Source: Reclinomonas americana ATCC 50394 (Eukaryota). From it: a DNA stretch of 46,439 nt. The stretch is taken from assembly GCA_048213135.1 (NCBI GenBank), contig PS015242.1, forward strand, positions 1,726 through 48,164. The letters are read 5' to 3'. A program made the translations under genes and the position numbers. How positions within the stretch are numbered: position 1 is the stretch's first letter; the number at the start of each line of letters is the position of its first letter. Shown piece after piece: positions 1-8,067 of the stretch. Below the pieces are notes generated by a model that was given only the letters and a program-made list of their open reading frames with translations, searched no databases and had not been told where the DNA came from.

Positions 1-1
1 C

Positions 2-340
2 AGCACGGTGCGTGTGTGGTCGGTGGTAAGTGGCGAGGAGGTGCGGCGATTGGGAGGGCACACCGACAGGGTGTGGTCAGTCGCCGTTGTGCGCGACGGG
101 GAGCACATTGTGAGCGGGAGTGAAGATAAGGTGGTGTGCGTGTGGTCGACGTCGCGAGGCCTGGCTCGGCAGGAACTCGATGCGGCACGTTCGGTGATGC
201 GCGCTGTGCAGGAGATGCAGCGCGAGGGCGACGGAGAGGATGATCCTCGTTGCCTGGTGGAGATCGTGTTCCGCTGCTTCTTGGTGGAGGAGGCGGAGGT
301 TGTTGTCCATCGGCGTCTCGCGTACGACGACAGCCTGTAA
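2..340 (+). CDS. WD40-repeat protein, array copy 1 (3' part only; 5' end outside window)
   Basis: Reads STVRVWSVVSGEEVRRLGGHTDRVWSVAVVRDGEHIVSGSEDKVVCVWS, then the shared tail GLARQELDAARSVMRAVQEMQRE..CLVEIVFRCFLVEEAEVVVHRR. Stop TAA at 338-340. Confidence 0.9.
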   Translation, partial: STVRVWSVVSGEEVRRLGGHTDRVWSVAVVRDGEHIVSGSEDKVVCVWSTSRGLARQELDAARSVMRAVQEMQREGDGEDDPRCLVEIVFRCFLVEEAEVVVHRRLAYDDSL

Positions 341-588
341 TTTTGAGGAGAAGATGGGTGGCGCTGCGCTGCTGCTTTCTCTCTATGTACTTGTCAGCTT
401 TGTTACCCTACTGCAGCTCTTCGAGGGAGTCCCTGTGATTCCGCTGTAAAGCGAATCCCTGTCTCGTCTCTCGCGGTGCTCCTTGTTCTGCCACTTGTGT
501 TCCTGGTTGCCGACAGCTTCTGCATAACGTTGCTTTCTTTCTTTCATAGCACACCGTCTCTTGACGGCGACGAGTGATGCACCAAAGA

Positions 589-610
589 ATGTCCCCGGGG
601 CGAAGGACAT
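589..610 (+). promoter_or_regulatory. Conserved inverted-repeat element upstream of WD40 copy 2 (ATGTCC-N10-GGACAT)
   Basis: Perfect 6-bp dyad 65 nt before the ATG. Equivalent dyads precede copies 3, 4 and 5. Function is inferred only. Confidence 0.35.
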
Positions 611-674
611 CACAAACTCAGTCGGTCTTTCTTGCGCACACACGCGCATTCACACCCTCTTTTACCCCTTCTCC

Positions 675-1626
675 ATGACCTCCGCTCCCCCTTCTCTCCT
701 CCACAAGTGCCTGCTTGGCCACACAGGTGCAGTGCATGCTGTTGCCGTCTCACCCGACGGCCAGCACGTGGTGAGTACTAGTGGCGGTAGGGACAAGACC
801 GTGCGAGTGTGGTCCGTGACGAGTGGCAAGGAGGTGCGGCGCTTAGAGGGTCACTCGGGCGAGGTGTTTTCGGTTGCCGTCACTCCTGATGGCCTGCACA
901 TCGTGAGCGGAAGTCAAGACTTGACAGTGCGANNNNNNNNNNNNNNNNNNNNNNNNNNNNNNNNNNNNNNNNNNNNNNNNNNNNNNNNNNNNNNNNNNNN
1001 NNNNNNNNNNNNNNNNNNNNNNNNNNNNNNNNNNNNNNNNNNNNNNNNNNNNNNNNNNNNNNNNNNNNNNNNNNNNNNNNNNNNNNNNNNNNNNNNNNNN
1101 NNNNNNNNNNNNNNNNNNNNNNNNNNNNNNNNNNNNNNNNNNNNNNNNNNNNNNNNNNNNNNNNNNNNNNNNNNNNNNNNNNNNNNNNNNNNNNNNNNNN
1201 NNNNNNNNNNNNNNNNNNNNNNNNNNNNNNNNNNNNNNNNNNNNNNNNNNNNNNNNNNNNNNNNNNNNNNNNNNNNNTAACACTGTGCGTGTGTGGTCCA
1301 TGGAGAGCGGAGACGAGGTGCGTCGGTTGATGGGGCACAGTGGCGACGTGGCCTCAATCGCCATATCGCTGAATGGCCAACACATCGTCAGTGGGAGTCT
1401 GGATAACACAGTGCGGGTGTGGTCAACGTCGTATGGCCTCTCTCGGCAGGAGCTTGACTGTGCTCGGTCGGCTATGTATGCTGTGCAAAAAATGCAGCGA
1501 GAGAACGAGGGAGAGGAGGAGCCAGATCGGCGATGTTTGGTCGAGATCGTTCTTCGCTGCTTCATCTTCGAGGATGCGGCGGTTGTTGTTCATCGGTCCT
1601 TCTCCACCAACAGCCTCGGACTGTGA
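675..1626 (+). CDS. WD40-repeat protein, array copy 2 (spans N-gap 933-1277)
   Basis: ATG 675 MTSAPPSLLHKCLLGH.., two blades before the gap, about 1.3 blades plus the conserved tail after it, TGA at 1624-1626. No introns visible. Confidence 0.88.
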
Positions 1627-1886
1627 CTCTCTGCCGTTTGCAAGAGGAGGCTCGAGGTATGCTTGTTGTGGCTGAGCGTTCTTCATCTCTCTCTCTCTCT
1701 CTTTTTCTCTCTATCTCCCTCGATGTACAATTCGCTTTGTTACCACTGTCGTCAACTTCGGCGTTGCTTTGGCATTATTTTCTTGTACTTAATAAACAAT
1801 TCCCCAGCGTTTGACGAATGACGTGCGCGTTGCTGGTGACAGGGTGACAGGGTGACGGATCAGTGCCAGCGCAGAAGTCCAAGAAA

Positions 1887-1912
1887 CGTCCCGCCGTCGT
1901 TATCGAAGGACG
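1887..1912 (+). promoter_or_regulatory. Inverted-repeat element upstream of WD40 copy 3 (CGTCC..GGACG)
   Basis: Same position as in copy 2, with a compensatory outer pair (C..G instead of T..A). Confidence 0.35.
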
Positions 1913-1965
1913 ACTCAAACTCACTCTTGCGCACACACGCGCATTCCCTCTTCTGCTCCCTCACC

Positions 1966-3300
1966 ATGACCTCCGCTCCCCCTTCTCTCCTCTGCAAATG
2001 CCTGCGCGGCCACACGAAGGCGGTGCATGCTGTCGCCGTCACCCCCGACAGTCAGCATGTTGTCAGTGGAAGTGAGGACAACACGGTGCGAGTGTGGTCG
2101 CTCGCGAGTGGAGAGCAGGTACGACGGCTGGAGGGGCACTCTCACCGAGTGCGTTCCGTCGCCGTCACCCCCGATGGTCAACACGTGGTGAGTGGGAGCG
2201 CGGACAAAACCGTGCGAGTGTGGTCACTGGCGACCGGAGAAGAGGTGCGACTGTTGAAGGGACATGCTGATTGGGTTACGGCTGTTGCCGTCACTCCCGA
2301 CGGTCAGTTTGTTGTGAGTGGGGTCGGTGACCGCACAGTACGCATGTGGTCGCTGGCGACTGGGGAAGAAGTGCGACGAATGGAGGGTCACTCTCGGTGG
2401 GTGCGTTCTGTTGCCGTCACGCGTGATGGTCAACACGTGGTGAGCGGCAGTGATGATGGGACAGTGCGAGTGTGGAGTGTGGCAAGTGGCGAGGAGGTGC
2501 GACGATTGGAGGGACACAGCGATGCGGTACTGTCTGTCGCCGTCACAGCCGATGGCCGGCAAGTGGTGAGTGGGAGCTTTNNNNNNNNNNNNNNNNNNNN
2601 NNNNNNNNNNNNNNNNNNNNNNNNNNNNNNNNNNNNNNNNNNNNNNNNNNNNNNNNNNNNNNNNNNNNNNNNNNNNNNNNNNNNNNNNNNNNNNNNNNNN
2701 NNNNNNNNNNNNNNNNNNNNNNNNNNNNNNNNNNNNNNNNNNNNNNNNNNNNNNNNNNNNNNNNNNNNNNNNNNNNNNNNNNNNNNNNNNNNNNNNNNNN
2801 NNNNNNNNNNNNNNNNNNNNNNNNNNNNNNNNNNNNNNNNNNNNNNNNNNNNNNNNNNNNNNNNNNNNNNNNNNNNNNNNNNNNNNNNNNNNNNNNNNNN
2901 NNNNNNNNNNNNNNNNNNNNNNNNNNNNNNNNNNNNNNNNNNNNNNNNNNNNNNNNNNNNNNNNNNNNNNNNNNNNNNNNNNNNNNNNNNNNNNNNNNNN
3001 NNNNNNNNNNNNNNNNNGGAAGGATATTCGGTGCGCTGTGTGGCCGTTACTCCCGATGGACAGCACGTGGTGAGTGGAGGTGGGGATGGCTCTGTGCGAG
3101 TGTGGTCGACGCCGTACGGCCTGGCTCGGCCGGAACTGGATGCGGCACGTTCAGCAATGCGGGCTGTGCAAGAGATGCAGCGTGAGGGAGAAGGCGAAGA
3201 AGAAGTGGATCGGCGCTGCTTGCCAGAGATGGTGCTGCGGTGCTTCTTGGTCGAGGAGGCGGAGGTTATCGTTCATCGGTGCTTCAGCCTTCGACTGTGA
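1966..3300 (+). CDS. WD40-repeat protein, array copy 3 (about 9 blades if the gap size is right)
   Basis: ATG 1966 MTSAPPSLLCKCLRGH.., five 126-nt blades (GH..V..VAVTPDGQHVVSGS.D.TVRVWSLASGEEVRR), gap 2581-3017, last blade and tail, TGA at 3298-3300. Confidence 0.92.
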   Translation: MTSAPPSLLCKCLRGHTKAVHAVAVTPDSQHVVSGSEDNTVRVWSLASGEQVRRLEGHSHRVRSVAVTPDGQHVVSGSADKTVRVWSLATGEEVRLLKGHADWVTAVAVTPDGQFVVSGVGDRTVRMWSLATGEEVRRMEGHSRWVRSVAVTRDGQHVVSGSDDGTVRVWSVASGEEVRRLEGHSDAVLSVAVTADGRQVVSGSFXXXXXXXXXXXXXXXXXXXXXXXXXXXXXXXXXXXXXXXXXXXXXXXXXXXXXXXXXXXXXXXXXXXXXXXXXXXXXXXXXXXXXXXXXXXXXXXXXXXXXXXXXXXXXXXXXXXXXXXXXXXXXXXXXXXXXXXXXXXXXXXXXXEGYSVRCVAVTPDGQHVVSGGGDGSVRVWSTPYGLARPELDAARSAMRAVQEMQREGEGEEEVDRRCLPEMVLRCFLVEEAEVIVHRCFSLRL

Positions 3301-3412
3301 CCAGTGGAGAGGGAGAGAGGGTTTCCTGTGTGTCCTCGTCATCAAGTGCTCGTCCGCCTCGTCTGTATAGTAAATTGTCGAGCAGCAAGCATGCAACAAT
3401 GGCGACGACGTG

Positions 3413-3442
3413 ATGTCCCTCCGTCCGCAAAGGGGAGGACGT
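3413..3442 (+). promoter_or_regulatory. Inverted-repeat element upstream of WD40 copy 4
   Basis: ATGTCCCTCC..GGGGAGGACGT, 67 nt before the ATG. Confidence 0.3.
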
Positions 3443-3508
3443 CATTCATCAACAACGAAATCACACACGCACACACTCTGCCCGTCGGCACACACACACA
3501 CACACATC

Positions 3509-4107
3509 ATGTCCTCAGNNNNNNNNNNNNNNNNNNNNAACTGGAGGGGCTTACTGGATGGGTGGCCGCGATTGCCGTCACCCCCGATGGTCAGCACGTA
3601 GTGAGTGGCAGCAGTGACTATACAGTGCGTCTGTGGTCGCTGGCGAGTGGCGAGGAGGTGCGACGAATGGAGGGGCACGCTGGCACAGTGTACTCGGTCG
3701 CGGTGACTGCCGATGGCCAGCACGTGGTCAGCGGGAGCTGGGACCAGACAGTAAGAGTGTGGTCGCTGGCAAGTGGAGAAGAAGTGCGACGACTGCAGGG
3801 GCACGCTCACTGGGTGCACTCTGTCGCCGTCACTCCGTGCGGTCAGCACATTGTGAGCGGCAGTGCGGACGGAACAGTGCGAGTGTGGTCCACGCCGTGC
3901 GGCCTCGCTCGGCAGGAGTTTTCCGCTGCTTGCGCCGCCATGCGGGCGGTGCAGGAGATGCAGCGTGAGGGAGAAGAGGAGGAAGAGAAGGAGGAGGAGG
4001 TGCCGGATTCACGGTGCTTGCCGGAGATGGTGCTGCGCTGCTTCATTGTCGAGGAGGCGGCGGTTGTCGTTCATCGGCGTGGAGTGGATCCCGAGTCGCG
4101 CTTGTGA
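3509..4107 (+). CDS. WD40-repeat protein, array copy 4 (20-N gap after MSS)
   Basis: ATGTCCTCAG start identical to copy 5. Three blades and the conserved tail follow the gap. TGA at 4105-4107. Confidence 0.88.
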
Positions 4108-4567
4108 ACAGAGAGAGAGGGAGGGAGGGAAGAAGAGAGAAAGGGAGAAGGGAGAGAGAGGGGGGAGGGAAGTAGAGAGAAAGGGAGAAGGGAGAGAGAG
4201 AGAGAGGGAGTGATAGGGAGAAGGGAGAGAGATGTATGAAAGCTGGATGCCTCCGCTGCTTTGCTTTGCCTGCTTCACGGATCCGGACCCGGCTTTGCTT
4301 TGTTTGGCTGGCTATGGCCGTTTCCCGAGATTCGACGTGCCGTGTACGATCGCAGAAACTGCTATGCGGCTGTGCAAGTGCGTCAACCACTGTTCAACCA
4401 CGCTTACCTGCAGTGATCATGACGATCGCAGTTCTCGACTTGTACGAAGCTCCGAGTGCGAACACACTCAGACAAGAAAGCTTGTTGCTGCTGCCCTCAA
4501 CACTGGTGTTTGTGTTGATGTTTGGTTGGTCATCAAGACAGCTATACTTGTTGTGGAAGTCGAGAAA

Positions 4568-4587
4568 TGTCCCCAAAAACAAGGACA
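4568..4587 (+). promoter_or_regulatory. Inverted-repeat element upstream of WD40 copy 5 (TGTCC..GGACA)
   Basis: 44 nt before ATG 4631. Confidence 0.3.
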
Positions 4588-4630
4588 CAAACACACGCAC
4601 CACTCACCATCGTCTTTGTGCGCATCCACC

Positions 4631-6889
4631 ATGTCCTCAGTTCCTTGCATTTATGCGCGGATGTTCCTGGGGGGTCACACTCAGCATGTGACCTGTATGG
4701 CTGTCACTCCCGACGCGCAGCACATTGTGAGCGGAGGGAGGGACAACACCGTGCGTGTGTGGTCTCTGGCGAGTGGAGAAGAAGTACGGCAGCTGGAGGG
4801 GCACACTGAGTGTGTGTACTGTGTCGCCGTGACTCCCGATAACCAGCACATTGTGAGTGGCGGGATGGACAAGACTGTGCGCGTGTGGTCACTGGCGAGT
4901 GGCGAGGAANNNNNNNNNNNNNNNNNNNNNNNNNNNNNNNNNNNNNNNNNNNNNNNNNNNNNNNNNNNNNNNNNNNNNNNNNNNNNNNNNNNNNNNNNNN
5001 NNNNNNNNNNNNNNNNNNNNNNNNNNNNNNNNNNNNNNNNNNNNNNNNNNNNNNNNNNNNNNNNNNNNNNNNNNNNNNNNNNNNNNNNNNNNNNNNNNNN
5101 NNNNNNNNNNNNNNNNNNNNNNNNNNNNNNNNNNNNNNNNNNNNNNNNNNNNNNNNNNNNNNNNNNNNNNNNNNNNNNNNNNNNNNNNNNNNNNNNNNNN
5201 NNNNNNNNNNNNNNNNNNNNNNNNNNNNNNNNNNNNNNNNNNNNNNNNNNNNNNNNNNNNNNNNNNNNNNNNNNNNNNNNNNNNNNNNNNNNNNNNNNNN
5301 NNNNNNNNNNNNNNNNNNNNNNNNNNNNNNNNNGTGCGATGTTTGGAGGGACACTTGTATACGGTGACGTCTGTCGTTGTCACTCCCGATGGTCAGCACA
5401 TCGTGAGCGCAAGTGGCGACTCCACAATCCGTGTGTGGTCGCTGGCGAGTGGGGAAGAAGTGCGGAGGTTGGAGGCACCCGCCGAATGGGTGTATGCTGT
5501 CGCTGTCACTCCCGATGGTCAGTATATCGTGAGCGGAATTCTAGACGAGACTGTGCGAGTGTGGTCACTGTCGAGTGGAGTGGAGGTGCAACAGCTGAAG
5601 GGCCCTGGGCACGCTGATTATGTGCTGTCTGTCGCCGTCACGCCCGACGGCCAGCATATCATCAGTGGGAGCTTTGACCATACAGTGCGAGTGTGGTCAC
5701 TGGCGAGTGGCGAAGAGGTGCGACGACTGGAGGGACACACGGGCTCGGTGCACTCGGTCGCGGTGACTCCCAACGGCCACTTCANNNNNNNNNNNNNNNN
5801 NNNNNNNNNNNNNNNNNNNNNNNNNNNNNNNNNNNNNNNNNNNNNNNNNNNNNNNNNNNNNNNNNNNNNNNNNNNNNNNNNNNNNNNNNNNNNNNNNNNN
5901 NNNNNNNNNNNNNNNNNNNNNNNNNNNNNNNNNNNNNNNNNNNNNNNNNNNNNNNNNNNNNNNNNNNNNNNNNNNNNNNNNNNNNNNNNNNNNNNNNNNN
6001 NNNNNNNNNNNNNNNNNNNNNNNNNNNNNNNNNNNNNNNNNNNNNNNNNNNNNNNNNNNNNNNNNNNNNNNNNNNNNNNNNNNNNNNNNNNNNNNNNNNN
6101 NNNNNNNNNNNNNNNNNNNNNNNNNNNNNNNNNNNNNNNNNNNNNNNNNNNNNNNNNNNNNNNNNNNNNNNNNNNNNNNNNNNNNNNNNNNNNNNNNNNN
6201 NNNNNNNNNNNNNNNNNNNNNNNNNNNNNNNNNNNNNNNNNNNNNNNNNNNNNNNNNNNNNNNNNNNNNNNNNNNNNNNNNNNNNNNNNNNNNNNNNNNN
6301 NNNNNNNNNNNNNNNNNNNNNNNNNNNNNNNNNNNNNNNNNNNNNNNNNNNNNNNNNNNNNNNNNNNNNNNNNNNNNNNNNNNNNNNNNNNNNNNNNNNN
6401 NNNNNNNNNNNNNNNNNNNNNNNNNNNNNNNNNNNNNNNNNNNNNNNNNNNNNNNNNNNNNNNNNNNNNNNNNNNNNNNNNNTTGTGAGTGGAAGCGACG
6501 ACCTCACTGTGCGTGTGTGGTCACTGGCGAGCGGAGCAGAATTACGAAGGCTGGTCGGTCACCGTGCACGGGTGTGTTCAGCAGCGGTCTCTCCCGATGG
6601 TAGGCATTTCGTGAGCGGGTGCGAGGACAACCTTGTGCGAGTGTGGACGACACCGTGCGGCCTCGCTCGCGAGGAAGTCGACTGTGCACGCGCGACCATG
6701 GGAGCGGTGCAGGATATGCAGCGAGAGAACACAGAGGACGACGAGGAGGTTGATTCACGGTGCTTGCCAGAGATGGTGTTGCGGTGCTTCATCGTCGAGG
6801 AGGCAGCAGTCGTGATGCATCGACGTGGACTGGACCCCGAGTCGCTTTTACCAATTGCAGTTCGGCAAAGACCACGTACACTTCTGTGA
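4631..6889 (+). CDS. WD40-repeat protein, array copy 5 (two N-gaps; may be two genes)
   Basis: ATG 4631 MSSVPCIYARMFLGGH... Blades are visible on each side of gaps 4909-5333 and 5785-6482. Conserved tail, TGA at 6887-6889. Confidence 0.85.
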
Positions 6890-7097
6890 CAAGGGCCTCT
6901 CCGTTCCTCGCACTGCTTTCTGTCTTTGTTGGGCGCCCAAGAAGAGAAGTGTTAAAAATCGCTTTTACCGATTGCAGTTCGGCAAAGACCACGTACACTG
7001 CATGACAAGGCTTGGTCTCGACGATGAAAGGTCCTCTCCGTTCTTCGCACTGCTTTCTATCCTTGTTGGGCGCCCAGGTAGAGAGAGAAGTGTAAAA
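6842..7097. repeat. Direct tandem duplication (about 117-bp unit, 2 copies) overlapping the 3' end of WD40 copy 5
   Basis: TCGCTTTTACC.ATTGCAGTTCGGCAAAGACCACGTACACT..CCTCTCCGTTC.TCGCACTGCTTTCT..TTGTTGGGCGCCCA occurs at 6842 and 6959. The second copy carries a ~20-nt insertion. Confidence 0.9.
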
Positions 7098-7189
7098 CGA
7101 AGTCGAAGTGAAGGTCCTCTTGTCCCTTACCAGTCTTCAGTCTCGCTGTCAGTGTCGGTGTGAGCTCTGAGCGTTGACTCTCAGCACTC

Positions 7190-8031
7190 ATGGGTCGGTG
7201 CGTTCTATGCATACTCACTCATTCATACAAGAGTGGCTTGAGTGAGAGAGAGAGCGTGTGTGTGTGTTGACATGGCCATGTGACACTGGACTCTTACTCT
7301 TGTCTCTCTCTCTCTGTGTCTCACACAGCAAGTACACCAACAAGACCAAGCAGGGCAAGATGCTCAATCCCACTGATGCGTTTCGGTGAGTGGCAATGTG
7401 TGTGTGAGAGAGAAGAGAGAGACAAGTGAGTGAGAGATATGTGCGCCTGAAGACGACTTAGGTGGCGACTTAGGCGCCAGAGTGAGTGAGAGAGAGAAAG
7501 AGAGAGAGGGACAAGTGTAAGAGAGTGAGTGAGTGAGTGAGTGAGAGGGAGAGAGTGTGAGTGAGTGAGTGAGTGAGTGTGTGGGTGAGTGAGTGAGTGT
7601 GTGTGTGAGTGAGTGAGTGAGTGAGCGAGTGAGTGAGTGAGTGAGTGAGTGAGTGTGTGAGTGAGTGAGTGAGTGAGTGAGTGAGCGAGTGAGTGAGTGN
7701 NNNNNNNNNNNNNNNNNNNGGAGGAGGAGGAGGAGGGATGGAGAGTGGGAGAGGGAGAAGGGGAGGGACAACTTGACATGATGCAATTGTGAGGAGAGAG
7801 TGTGAAGAGGAAGCAGGGTTCTGTGGAATGCAGAAGAGAAGAGAGTTGGGTGGCAGGAACGCGTGGCAAGGAACAGCTGCGCTCACTGGAGTCCATTACA
7901 CTGCATCTATGTCTCTGTCTCTCTCTTGGCACACGCTCTCAATGGTGTGTGGCCATCAGCCTTGCACGTTCCGTTGCCAGAGCACGTAAAGCTGGGACTG
8001 CAGCTGCAGCTGATATTGGTGTAGTCGCCAG

Positions 8032-8067
<36 letters not shown>

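Noticed and set aside
561-674. Longer N-termini for WD40 copies from upstream TTG/GTG/ATG starts in the ORF track (561, 1852, 3304, 4232)
   Set aside because: Protein-level similarity between copies begins at the MTSAPP/MSS ATG, and the upstream frames are not conserved.
2-6889. Diversity-generating retroelement behind WD40 variation
   Set aside because: No reverse transcriptase and no invariant template repeat in the window, and the differences are not adenine-specific.
7321-7400. Minus-strand hydrophobic C-terminus (HLALLGLVGVLAV*) as a GPI or TM signal
   Set aside because: It is the antisense of WBP11 exon 2, which has proper AG/GT ends and a conserved motif.
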